From a virus: a DNA stretch of 39,635 bases. Each line of letters opens with the position of its first letter. Position 1 is the first letter of the stretch. The notes beneath the pieces were generated by a model that did not search any database, was not told where the DNA came from, and saw only the letters and a list, made by a program, of their open reading frames with translations. The stretch covers positions 1 to 39,635 of the IMG/VR virus record IMGVR_UViG_3300045988_045810; one strand, given 5' to 3'. This document shows, piece by piece, positions 31,202 to 39,635 of the stretch. The translations under genes and the position numbers were made by a program.

Positions 31202-32815
31202 ATGGCGTCGGAAGATTTGAGTGTTTTCGGCGCCATTGATGATGAGAGGCACGGCGTGACACTGCCGCGTATCTTCACGCCGCCGTTGCGTCCGCTGACG
31301 AAGGAAACTTCGAATGGGTTCGCGGTGATCGCTTTCGCTGAAATCATGCTGCACGTGCATCTCTACCCGTGGCAGCAGTGGCTGCTTGTCCATGCGCTTG
31401 AATTACTTGAGGATGGCAGTTATCGCTTCCGCAAGGTCATCGTGCTTGTGGCCAGACAGAACGGCAAGACCACGCTGATGGGCGTGCTGGCCGCATGGTG
31501 GCTGTTCGTGGACTCCAACAAGCATCCCGACCGAGTGCCGCCCGTGAAGTTCCTCGTGGTCGGCGCAGCGCAGACATTGGACAATGCGAAGGGGCCGTAC
31601 AATCAGGTCAAGGAGTGGTGTAATCCTGCTCCGGCGACTGATGAGGAAGCGGATCTGGTGATTCCAGACCTCGCCGCGATGACGCAGAAATTCGTCAACA
31701 CGAACGGCGAGGAGGCGATCATCACCCGCTCGAAAGCCCGGTATATCGTCCGCGCGGATAAGAATATTCGCGCGAAGAGCGCTGCACGTGTGGTGTTTGA
31801 TGAGCTTCGTGAACAGCATAATGACGATGGCTGGAACGCTGTCTCGCAGACCACGAAGGCCGTGTGGAGTTCGCAATTGTGGGGCATCTCTAACGCTGGC
31901 GATTATCGGTCTGTGGCCTTGCGTAAGCAGGTGGACAAGGGCCGTAAGCTCGTGGACGCTTGGAAGCAGTATGTGGCTGATGGTGTGGATGCTGCCGAGG
32001 CTTTCGCCAATGGCGAGCAGGACGGGTCTTTCGGATATTTCGAGTGGAGCGCCCCTGACAAGTGTCCGGTTGATGATGCCGACGCGATTCGCCAGGCTAA
32101 CCCGTCACTCGGCTATGGTCCGATGACCGTGGCCAGTGTCCGAAGCGATATTGATGGCATGACCGAGGCCGCGTTCCGCACCGAAGTCTTGTGCCAGTGG
32201 GTAACGGCCGATATTACGCCCTATGTTAACCCGAAGCTTTGGGCGCATGGCACTGATAATGCGTCGTGCATCCCCGACGATAATCGCGTGGTGTTGGCCG
32301 TCGATACCAGCGCCGACAGGCAGACAACCTATGTCGCTGCCGCTGGCCTTCGTGCCGATGGTCTCCCGCATGTCGAGCTGATCGCCAGGCGCGACGGCAT
32401 GTTGTGGGTGCCGCATTTTCTTGACTTGCTTCGTGAGAGCTGGCCGAATGTCTGTGAGATTGCCGTGCAGTCGAAGGGTTGTCCGGCTGTCGATTTCATC
32501 GACCCGCTCACGGAAAAAGGCTGGAATGTGCATTTGATTGAGGGCTTCCGGCTTGGCGCGTGCTGTGGCCGTTTCCTTGACCGCGTGCGCGAGGGCAAGC
32601 TCCGTCACCTGCCCCAGCCTGCCATCGAACAGCAAGTGTCGGTGGCTGTCACAAGGCGTCTTGGCGAGGTCGAGGTGTGGGACCGCGCGAAGAGCGCCTT
32701 GCAGATCAGCGGCCTCATCGCCGAATCCGAGGCGCTATACGCGCTTGAGACCATGCAGGTCGAAGTGGAAACACCGAAATATTCGCCGAGCGTGACGCAT
32801 TTCGCCGTTGTCTGA
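31202..32815 (+). CDS. terL: Terminase large subunit
   Basis: 537 aa. Walker A-like VARQNGKTT. Located upstream of the portal. Confidence 0.9.
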   Translation: MASEDLSVFGAIDDERHGVTLPRIFTPPLRPLTKETSNGFAVIAFAEIMLHVHLYPWQQWLLVHALELLEDGSYRFRKVIVLVARQNGKTTLMGVLAAWWLFVDSNKHPDRVPPVKFLVVGAAQTLDNAKGPYNQVKEWCNPAPATDEEADLVIPDLAAMTQKFVNTNGEEAIITRSKARYIVRADKNIRAKSAARVVFDELREQHNDDGWNAVSQTTKAVWSSQLWGISNAGDYRSVALRKQVDKGRKLVDAWKQYVADGVDAAEAFANGEQDGSFGYFEWSAPDKCPVDDADAIRQANPSLGYGPMTVASVRSDIDGMTEAAFRTEVLCQWVTADITPYVNPKLWAHGTDNASCIPDDNRVVLAVDTSADRQTTYVAAAGLRADGLPHVELIARRDGMLWVPHFLDLLRESWPNVCEIAVQSKGCPAVDFIDPLTEKGWNVHLIEGFRLGACCGRFLDRVREGKLRHLPQPAIEQQVSVAVTRRLGEVEVWDRAKSALQISGLIAESEALYALETMQVEVETPKYSPSVTHFAVV

Positions 32816-32833
32816 ACCCAGTGAGGAGGTTTC

Positions 32834-34117
32834 ATGGGTTTCTTTTCCAGATGGCTCAAGAAAAGCCCCGTATCCGTGGCCCAGAAGTTCTCCGAATCGC
32901 CAGTGAACATTTCACAGGTGGCGCAGATTCCAATCGACTGGTTCGGCGCTGGCGTCTATGAGCGTGAGGCGGCTGTGCGTACCGTCATCGACCATATCGC
33001 GCGGAACATCGCCAGCATGCCATTCAAGGTCTACATTCGCCAGTCTGACGGCGATCGCGTGGAGGACACCACAAGCCCATTGGCGCAATTGATGGCCAAG
33101 CCGAGCGTGCTTCCGGGCATGACACGCTACAGATTTTTCTACTCTTTGCTGTGTGATGGCCTGCTGAATGATCGGTGGCTTTGCCTGCTCGATGCCGACA
33201 AGCAGTCCGGTCGATTGTGGCTTCGTCGTATTCCGGTGCAGAATTTCACGCTTTCCGGCAACACTCTTGATGAGATTACAGGCGTGCAGATCAGTACCGG
33301 CCAGCCGGAAGGAAGCCAGTATTTCAAGCTGCCTGACCCGCAAATTCTGCTGGATGTGGGTTACAGCACGTCCGGCATCGGCGGTTCTCCGGTGTCCGGC
33401 ACTCTCGCACCGCTTTTGGCGGAGGCTCGTGAGATGGCCGAATATCGTCGTGCGATAGCGAAGAACGGCGGCCAGATTCCAGCGTACATCTCCCGTCCGA
33501 AGGAGATGCCGTGGCCTTCGCAGGAGGCGCAGGACGAATTCGTGCAGGGCATGCGGAATTACAAGGCTGGCGGCAATCTCGCCGGTGGATGGCCCCTGCT
33601 CAACGACGGCATGGAAATCAAGACGGTGGACGCCTTCAAGCCGATTGACATGCAGGACATCGACGCGAGGAACAAGATACGCATCGACGTGGCCAACGCC
33701 TTCCACATCGCGCCCGAAAATCTGGGCTTTCGCAGTGGCACCAATTCCAACATCGCTTCCTACAAAGAGCAGATGTGGAACGTCGAATTGATGCCGTACA
33801 TCGTGGCTTTCGAGCAGTCGCTCAACCTGCTGCTGCCCGACGCGCTCGGACAGCCGGACGCCTACATCGAAGCGAACGTGGACGCGAAACTGCGCGGTAC
33901 CTTCTCCGAGCAGTATCAGGCGCTTTCCACGGCCACGGGGCGCAGCTTCATGACCACGAACGAGGCGCGCCGCATCCTGAACTATCCGAAGGTCGAGGGC
34001 GGTGACGATCTGGTGACGCCATTGAACGTCGCGACAGGAGGCCAGCCCAGCCCGCAGGATGGCGGCAGGACGCAGAACGCGCAACAGAACAATCCAGTGA
34101 ACGGAGAAGACCAGTGA
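32834..34117 (+). CDS. Portal protein (HK97-type)
   Basis: 427 aa between TerL and the prohead protease. Confidence 0.85.
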   Translation: MGFFSRWLKKSPVSVAQKFSESPVNISQVAQIPIDWFGAGVYEREAAVRTVIDHIARNIASMPFKVYIRQSDGDRVEDTTSPLAQLMAKPSVLPGMTRYRFFYSLLCDGLLNDRWLCLLDADKQSGRLWLRRIPVQNFTLSGNTLDEITGVQISTGQPEGSQYFKLPDPQILLDVGYSTSGIGGSPVSGTLAPLLAEAREMAEYRRAIAKNGGQIPAYISRPKEMPWPSQEAQDEFVQGMRNYKAGGNLAGGWPLLNDGMEIKTVDAFKPIDMQDIDARNKIRIDVANAFHIAPENLGFRSGTNSNIASYKEQMWNVELMPYIVAFEQSLNLLLPDALGQPDAYIEANVDAKLRGTFSEQYQALSTATGRSFMTTNEARRILNYPKVEGGDDLVTPLNVATGGQPSPQDGGRTQNAQQNNPVNGEDQ

Positions 34118-34893
34118 ATCTCAAACAGCTCAGATTCAACGTGAAGTCCTTGGACGATTCGGCTGGCGAGGGCGTTTTCAGCGGTTATGCCAGCACTTTC
34201 GGCAACAAGGACCTGCAGGGTGACGTGATCGCCAGGGGCGCTTTCGCGGAGACCTTGGAGAAGGATTACAACGGCGGTGCCGGTATTCCAATCCATTGGA
34301 ACCATCAGGACGGCAAGCCGACTGACATCATCGGCCGCACCTTGAGCGCCGTCGAGGATGAGAAGGGCCTGCTCATTTCGGCCCAGCTTGACATCGACGA
34401 TAATCCGACCGCTCAGCAGGCTTACGACCTGCTCAAGGATGGCAGGGTGCATCAGATGAGCATCGGCTTCGTGCCGACGAAGACTGCGTGGATTACGGAG
34501 AAGGGTGACGGCCCGTGGGGCGGACATTCTGAATTCCAGCAGATCAAGCTTTTCGAGATCAGCGTGGTGCCGGTGGCGGCGAATCAGCAGGCCGAGATTC
34601 TGGCCGTGAAGTCGGGTCGTGCCATCAGTTCCGCCAATGAGGAGAAGCTGCGTGCCGTCTTGGCCTCGCTGAACGAGGTGCTTGACGGCATCGATTCCGA
34701 CAACGATTCCGGCGCTTCCGATGAGAAGTCGGATAAGCAGGATGATTCCAAGACCGACGATAAGCCGGACGATAAGAAGCTTGACCCTAATAGGGGCAAG
34801 GACGCGGAGGCCGAGAAGGCCGAGCGCCTGAATGTAATCAAATCCGCCCGTGAATTGGTCACTGGCGGCAAGGACAACAAGGAGACCAAATGA
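34114..34893 (+). CDS. HK97-family prohead protease with an acidic/Lys-rich C-terminal extension
   Basis: FSGYASTFGNKDLQGDVIARGAF ... HQMSIGF pattern. GTG start overlapping the portal stop. Confidence 0.8.
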   Translation: MNLKQLRFNVKSLDDSAGEGVFSGYASTFGNKDLQGDVIARGAFAETLEKDYNGGAGIPIHWNHQDGKPTDIIGRTLSAVEDEKGLLISAQLDIDDNPTAQQAYDLLKDGRVHQMSIGFVPTKTAWITEKGDGPWGGHSEFQQIKLFEISVVPVAANQQAEILAVKSGRAISSANEEKLRAVLASLNEVLDGIDSDNDSGASDEKSDKQDDSKTDDKPDDKKLDPNRGKDAEAEKAERLNVIKSARELVTGGKDNKETK

Positions 34894-36095
34894 GTTTCAA
34901 TGATCGTCTCGCCAAGACCAAGGCCGCCATCGAAGCGGTGCTGGCCAAGGGCGAGGATAATCTCGACGCTTCCGACATCGAGAAGCTGAAGGGCCTGAAC
35001 GCCGAGGCGCATGAATTGCAGGACTCCATCGAGACGCTGGACACCGTGCACAAGCGCTTCGAGAGTCTGACCGATAATCTGGCTGACTCTCAGAAGAGCG
35101 GCGCCGCGTCCGGCGAGTCTCTTGGCGATTTCGTGGTGAAGAGCATCGGCGAGCAGCTGGTGAAGATGAAGGGCGTGTCCGGCGCTTCCATCGCCGCACC
35201 TGAATGGCTGCCGAACCGCAAGGCCAACACAGACACTCAGGTAACCGGTGGCCCGTCCGGCGCGTATGGCTCTCTGCTGACCTATGTTGACCCGAACTTC
35301 GTGGAAGGCTATCGCCGTCCGACCATCACCAACCTCTTCGGTGTCGGCGCGATCAGCGGACAGGCCATCACATACTTCGTGGAAGGTGAGCAGGAAGGTG
35401 ATTTTACTGCCGTCGGTGAAGGCGATGAATTCAGCCAGATTCATTATGCCAACGCGACTCAGCATACCGATTCCCTGTCCACCATCGCTGGCTTCATCAA
35501 GGAGTCTGGTGACATGATTACTGACCTCGCCTTCTTAAAGTCCGACATCGATGGCCGCCTGCTCTACAATCTGAGCATCAAGGAGGAGCAGCAGCTGCTC
35601 AACGGCGATGGCGCCGGCAAGAACATCAAGGGCCTGCTTAAGCGTGACGGCATCCAGACCTACACGGCTACCGACGCCGGTAACGATGTCGCTATCCTGC
35701 ACGCGCAGACCATGATTTCCACCGAGACCGGCATGATGCCGGATGCTCTGGTCATCAATCCGGCAGATTATGAGACTCTTCGCGAGAAGAAGGATAACAA
35801 CGGCGCGTACATTGGCGGTGGCCCGTTCTATGGAGTCAATGGCGGTGCGGTGAACATCACCCCGTCCCTGTGGGGCATGAACACCGTCGTATCCCCGGCA
35901 GTCACCCAGGGCACCGCCGTTGTGGGTGCTTTCAAGCGTGCCGCGACCTTCTACCGCAAGGGCGGTGTCGCTGTGGAGTCCACCAACTCCAATGACACCG
36001 ACTTCATTTCCGATCTGGTGACCATTCGTGCCAAGGAGCGTGTGGCTCTGGCTGTGCGCGTGCCGAAGGCTTTCGTCACCCTGACCTTGAAGTAA
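34890..36095 (+). CDS. Major capsid protein (HK97 fold family)
   Basis: 401 aa after the protease. N-terminal coiled-coil delta-like region. ATGA overlap. Confidence 0.85.
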   Translation: MSFNDRLAKTKAAIEAVLAKGEDNLDASDIEKLKGLNAEAHELQDSIETLDTVHKRFESLTDNLADSQKSGAASGESLGDFVVKSIGEQLVKMKGVSGASIAAPEWLPNRKANTDTQVTGGPSGAYGSLLTYVDPNFVEGYRRPTITNLFGVGAISGQAITYFVEGEQEGDFTAVGEGDEFSQIHYANATQHTDSLSTIAGFIKESGDMITDLAFLKSDIDGRLLYNLSIKEEQQLLNGDGAGKNIKGLLKRDGIQTYTATDAGNDVAILHAQTMISTETGMMPDALVINPADYETLREKKDNNGAYIGGGPFYGVNGGAVNITPSLWGMNTVVSPAVTQGTAVVGAFKRAATFYRKGGVAVESTNSNDTDFISDLVTIRAKERVALAVRVPKAFVTLTLK

Positions 36096-36102
36096 GGAGG
36101 AA

Positions 36103-36453
36103 ATGATGGCTCGACAGTTTCGAGTGATTCCGGCCGCGTCGGCGAAGCTTGACCCGAACGCCGACGTGGCGGACGTTGTCTTCGTCGGTTCGAATGGCAA
36201 GCCGACCGACATCGGCGGTTCCGCCGCCGCGCCGTATGTGCTTCCTGCTGCCGCCGAGGACGCTCTCGGTGGCGTGAAGCTGGCTAATGTCGCTTCTGCT
36301 GGCAAGGCCAATGCCGCTGTGGCTGTAGCCGTTGGCGATGCGCCTACCAAGGCTGAGCATGACGCTCTCGTGACCGCTTACAACGAGTTGGCCAAGGAGT
36401 TCAATGCGCTTGTGGCTGGTCTTGTGGCTGCGGGCGTTGTGAAGACGAGCTGA
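36103..36453 (+). CDS. Hypothetical head-associated protein, Ala-rich
   Basis: AAGGAGGAA SD. Follows the capsid gene. Confidence 0.6.
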   Translation: MMARQFRVIPAASAKLDPNADVADVVFVGSNGKPTDIGGSAAAPYVLPAAAEDALGGVKLANVASAGKANAAVAVAVGDAPTKAEHDALVTAYNELAKEFNALVAGLVAAGVVKTS

Positions 36454-36468
36454 GATTTGGAGGTCGGC

Positions 36469-36984
36469 ATGAGTGATGTGAATGTGATTCCTGACATGAT
36501 TGCCGACCCTTCGGCTTTCGAGGATGATGCGCGGTTTCGGCTTAAGGCTGCCCAGGCGGCTATCAGGCGTGAGTGTGGCTGGCATGTCATGCCGAACACG
36601 GCATTGTCCGGCGTCATCAACTCGCGTGGCGGCACAGTGATTCGACTGCCCGCGCGTCATGTGACGAGCATTGAATCATTGACCGACCGGGACGGTAACA
36701 AGCTGGCCTACGCCTACGACCCCGAGACGGGTTTGGTCGAGTCCTTGTCCGGTGGCTTCCCCGCCGGAATCGCGGCCATCCGATACGAGATTCACGCCGG
36801 ATATGATGATGCGCCGGACGTGCAGCAGGTGCTCGTCAACGCCGCGAAGCGTGCTGGCATGAGTCCGGTCGGGCTCGTCACCTCGCAGTCCACGAATGGC
36901 AGCAGCGCGAGCTTCGACGTGATGTCGCTCATGCAGGATGAGAAGGACAAGCTCAAACCCTACAAGCTGGGAGGCTTGCCATGA
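36469..36984 (+). CDS. Head-tail connector (gp6-like), called by position
   Basis: GGAGG lies 5 nt upstream of the ATG. Order is conserved with HK97-like modules. Confidence 0.55.
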   Translation: MSDVNVIPDMIADPSAFEDDARFRLKAAQAAIRRECGWHVMPNTALSGVINSRGGTVIRLPARHVTSIESLTDRDGNKLAYAYDPETGLVESLSGGFPAGIAAIRYEIHAGYDDAPDVQQVLVNAAKRAGMSPVGLVTSQSTNGSSASFDVMSLMQDEKDKLKPYKLGGLP

Positions 36985-37376
36985 GCCTGCTTGACGATTT
37001 GAACACCACTGGTGGCGGCTGGCACATGCCCGGAGCGACAAAGTGGAAGCGGCTTCGTGCGAAAAAGGTCATGGACCGGTATTCGGGCGAGTTGACTGGT
37101 GAAGATTGGGATCACCCGGACGTGCTGGAATTCAATGGCTCGCTGGCAAGTTCCAGCAGCATGAGGACTCCTGATGCGCTTCGTGAGGAGACTACGAGCA
37201 CGGCCTACCTCACCTCGCCTGAACTGTCTTTGGATGTGATGCCTGGTGATCGTATCAAGGCCATGCCGGATGACGGCAGGTGTTGGGAGGTGTCCGGCTA
37301 TCCGTCGCGTGATGCCAATGCTTTCACTTCGTGGCAGCCGACGGTCGAGATTCCACTATCCGAGTACAGGGGGTGA
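36981..37376 (+). CDS. Head closure / head-tail adaptor, called by position
   Basis: ATGA overlap. Gene order. Confidence 0.5.
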   Translation: MSLLDDLNTTGGGWHMPGATKWKRLRAKKVMDRYSGELTGEDWDHPDVLEFNGSLASSSSMRTPDALREETTSTAYLTSPELSLDVMPGDRIKAMPDDGRCWEVSGYPSRDANAFTSWQPTVEIPLSEYRG

Positions 37377-37382
37377 TGGCTT

Positions 37383-37661
37383 TTGGGTGTGATGGTCAAA
37401 TTCAACGATCGATATTTCGATGAGCTGATGAATTCGGCTGGCGTCAAGGCCATGACCCGCAGGGCGGCCGAAAAGACCTTGGAATATGCGAAGTCTCACG
37501 CTCCCGTGGACACCGGCGCATACCGTGACGGCCTCCAGATCGAGGAGGTCAAGCATGCGCACCGTACCACATGCATGGTGGTCGGCACCGATCCGAAGAC
37601 TCTGCTCGTGGAGTCGCGGACCGGCAATCTCCGCAAGGCGCTCAAGGCTGGCAAGTCATGA
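37383..37661 (+). CDS. HK97 gp10-like tail component
   Basis: HAPVDTGAYRDGLQIE motif. TTG start after AGGGGG. Confidence 0.55.
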   Translation: MGVMVKFNDRYFDELMNSAGVKAMTRRAAEKTLEYAKSHAPVDTGAYRDGLQIEEVKHAHRTTCMVVGTDPKTLLVESRTGNLRKALKAGKS

Positions 37662-38077
37662 CGGCAGTGCTACCACCAGACCTCGAAACATGGCTGTGCG
37701 CTTACCTCCGTGGCGAGCTGAAGCCCTCCTTCGGCAAGATTCTCGTGCACATTCGAGAGCCGGACGATTACAACGGCTCCTATCCTCTCGTGGTCGTGCG
37801 TGACGATGGCGGCAGCCAGTCCAATCGCGTGCTCTTCGACCGCAGTATTGGCATTACCGTGCGTTACGGCTCACGTTCCGCTCCGGGTCCTTGTCGTGAT
37901 TTGGCGGCTCGAATCTACGGCCTGCTCACCGACCCGGCAATTTGCTCGCTTGACGGTTCACCGATTGCGGGCATTGATGAGGACGGGTGCAATGGCCCGT
38001 ATTTCGTGGCCGAGGACGCGAACATCGCCAGATGCTATCTGACTCTCGAATTCTCCGCTATTGGAGAATTCCAATAA
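37658..38077 (+). CDS. Tail terminator / completion protein, called by position
   Basis: ATGA overlap. Last gene before the major tail protein. Confidence 0.5.
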   Translation: MTAVLPPDLETWLCAYLRGELKPSFGKILVHIREPDDYNGSYPLVVVRDDGGSQSNRVLFDRSIGITVRYGSRSAPGPCRDLAARIYGLLTDPAICSLDGSPIAGIDEDGCNGPYFVAEDANIARCYLTLEFSAIGEFQ

Positions 38078-38090
38078 TTCTTAATTTTTA

Positions 38091-38122
38091 GGCGTTGAAA
38101 CGTTTGTTTCAGCGCCTTTTTT
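38091..38122 (+). terminator. Hairpin plus T-run upstream of the major tail gene
   Basis: GGCGTTGAAAC-gttt-GTTTCAGCGCC followed by TTTTTTG. Confidence 0.6.
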
Positions 38123-38139
38123 GTTTGAAAGGACAAAAT

Positions 38140-38793
38140 ATGGCAGCTGATTCAGCAGGCAATGACCTGAGCGCCGCGAAGATCGTGGTTACAAGCGCCT
38201 TCCGCTTCGCACCTTATGATGCGACGCAGAATCTGACCGCCGATCTCATCGCGCCGACCGTAGCCGACGTGAAGACCGGCTTGGACAAGATTTTCACCAA
38301 GGGTGGCTTCGTCGGCCTTATCACCGAGGATGGTGCCCCGCAGGACAGCCGTGACGCCGATGATGCGATCAAATTCCACCAGCCTGGATATTCGATCAAT
38401 GGCAAGGCGTCGCTGACCGCGCAGTTCACGGTGGCCGAGGATAACGACATCACGCGCCAGATGACGATCGGCAAGCCGGACTCCAGTGGCGTGTATCACG
38501 TGACCGACGTGATTCAGAACGGCAAGTGGTTCTGCTATCAGGAGACGGTGTTCAAGAATGGCACGCATCGCCGTCGTCTTGGTGTCGTGAATCTGACCGG
38601 CAACGAGCAGGGTCAGGATACGGCCGGCAAGAACACCGGTGACGCTTGGACCATCGAATGGATTCAGGATGACGCCTGCGATTCCGGCGCCTCGAAGTAC
38701 CTGCAGTCCTTCGTGACTCCGACTGTTTCGTCCGGTTCTCATAACACCGGTCATCAGGCTGATGATTCCGAGTCTCAGCCGGTCACCGACTGA
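38140..38793 (+). CDS. Major tail protein
   Basis: 217 aa, immediately upstream of the G/GT chaperone pair. SD GAAAGGA. Confidence 0.75.
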   Translation: MAADSAGNDLSAAKIVVTSAFRFAPYDATQNLTADLIAPTVADVKTGLDKIFTKGGFVGLITEDGAPQDSRDADDAIKFHQPGYSINGKASLTAQFTVAEDNDITRQMTIGKPDSSGVYHVTDVIQNGKWFCYQETVFKNGTHRRRLGVVNLTGNEQGQDTAGKNTGDAWTIEWIQDDACDSGASKYLQSFVTPTVSSGSHNTGHQADDSESQPVTD

Positions 38794-38908
38794 CATTGAC
38801 TCTTCCCTGCACATGTTTCTTTCTTCCTTTCTTCGCATGTGCTGGGATTCTTCCTCTTCATCCAGTGAAGCAAAGGAAAAATTTTTAGTCGTTTGAAAGA
38901 AGGAAGAA

Positions 38909-39328
38909 ATGACCAAGAATGTGATGCCCTCCGCCGCCGATTTCGAAGCCTGGACTCAGGAGGACGAGGAGAAGGCGCTTGAAGCGTCGGCCGAGCAGAT
39001 GAAGGTGAAGCACCTCATCAAGGACGGCAGCGTATGGTTCCTCGCACCGCACGGCCACATTTACAAGCTGCCTCTGAATCTCAGCATCGATGATTTCGTG
39101 CGCCTGTCCGACCTGCAGTCCAACACGGAGCAGATTCAGACGTTGAAGGATATTCTCGCGGCTTTCGCTAGCGAGGATGCGGCCAAGGAGTTGGCGAAGG
39201 AGCCGGCAATGGTTCCATTCAACATCCTCAACGATTATGGTGAGCTGCTGGCGAAGATTCAGGGTGTGGAATTGGGAAAATCGTCGGCTTCTGCCAGCTC
39301 CTCCAAGGAGCAGACGGCAATCGAATAA
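38909..39328 (+). CDS. Tail assembly chaperone (gpG-like)
   Basis: 139-aa acidic protein between the major tail and tape measure genes. Contains the slippery heptamer near its 3' end. Confidence 0.8.
   Translation: MTKNVMPSAADFEAWTQEDEEKALEASAEQMKVKHLIKDGSVWFLAPHGHIYKLPLNLSIDDFVRLSDLQSNTEQIQTLKDILAAFASEDAAKELAKEPAMVPFNILNDYGELLAKIQGVELGKSSASASSSKEQTAIE
39274..39280 (+). promoter_or_regulatory. -1 programmed frameshift site G_GGA_AAA
   Basis: The heptamer GGGAAAA is in the correct phase (codons TTG GGA AAA). The -1 frame is open from 39244 to the TAG at 104-106. Confidence 0.7.
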
Positions 39329-39635
39329 GAGCCGATTTCGCGGCTCGCGGGTGGAGTCTGCAGGCCGATTTGGGCGGCAGACTCCGCTACTGCGACGCGA
39401 TCGCATTGTGGGAAAATCTCTCGGCCGACCCGAGCACATATACGGGTATGACTGCGGTGCATATGGTGCTGCCGATGGATGCGGCGGCTATCATCACCGC
39501 GATTCAGGCTGGTGGCACGTCGATTCTGGGCGATCTCGCGCCGGAAAAGGCGGGGAAGAAGCACGTCGAGGTGACCGATGAGGAGCGTCGTGAGGCTTTG
39601 GAGTCGATGAGCAGCATCTTCGGCTTCAAAAAAAG
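39280..39635 (+). CDS. Tail assembly chaperone frameshift extension (gpT-like part of the G-T fusion), continuing to base 106 across the junction
   Basis: The -1 frame reads IVGFCQLLQGADGN...ILGDLAPEKAGKKHVEV..., ending just before the tape measure start. Confidence 0.65.
   Translation, partial: MVGFCQLLQGADGNRIRADFAARGWSLQADLGGRLRYCDAIALWENLSADPSTYTGMTAVHMVLPMDAAAIITAIQAGGTSILGDLAPEKAGKKHVEVTDEERREALESMSSIFGFKK
39537..39635. repeat. Terminal overlap, identical to 1-99
   Basis: 99/99 identity. Confidence 0.95.

Larger units (their letters stand above)
1..39635. mobile_element. Complete temperate siphovirus / prophage genome, circularly permuted in this window
   Basis: Full packaging, head, tail, lysis, integration, immunity and recombination modules are present. 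The terminal 99 bp are identical at both ends. Confidence 0.9.

Overview
The window is one complete temperate siphovirus (prophage-type) genome, closed into a circle. Bases 1-99 are identical to 39537-39635, which is an assembly overlap, so about 39,536 bp are unique. GC is high (roughly 60% by eye), GC3 bias is strong and SD sites are AGGAGG-like. This suggests an Actinomycetota host; Bifidobacterium-like is only a guess. Gene order from base 1: tape measure, distal tail protein, and a 1622-aa tail-tip/fibre protein. Next is a terminator-bounded unit of three paralogous small receptor-binding-like genes, followed by the lysis genes. An orphan N6-adenine methyltransferase cassette follows. Then comes a small minus-strand operon (two tiny membrane proteins plus an Xis-like HTH) divergent from a tyrosine integrase, then attP carrying a tRNA 3' end. 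A low-GC cargo cassette follows (winged-helix-like protein plus a membrane-anchored DEDDh exonuclease). The immunity region is lipoprotein-ImmA-cI on the minus strand facing cro. The early genes include a RecE/RecT-type pair, SSB, RusA, an MmcB-like nuclease and a replication organiser with internal ori-like repeats. Downstream are a strong promoter, an aberrant tRNA-like gene and an HNH endonuclease. The structural genes follow: TerS, TerL, portal, HK97-type protease and capsid, connectors, major tail protein, and the G/GT chaperone pair, whose -1 frameshift product crosses the circular junction. I saw no rRNA, CRISPR array, transposase or reverse transcriptase. The leads most worth follow-up are: (1) a 155-nt tRNA-like RNA with perfect acceptor, D and T arms and an encoded CCA, but about 80 extra nt where the anticodon arm should be; (2) the membrane-anchored exonuclease cassette beside attP; (3) a G9 tract that switches the C-terminus of the first of the three paralogues; (4) a C8 tract plus a 15-bp coding tandem repeat in the methyltransferase. 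All functional calls come from motif recognition and gene position by eye, with no database search. Start codons were chosen by hand from SD spacing and start/stop overlaps.
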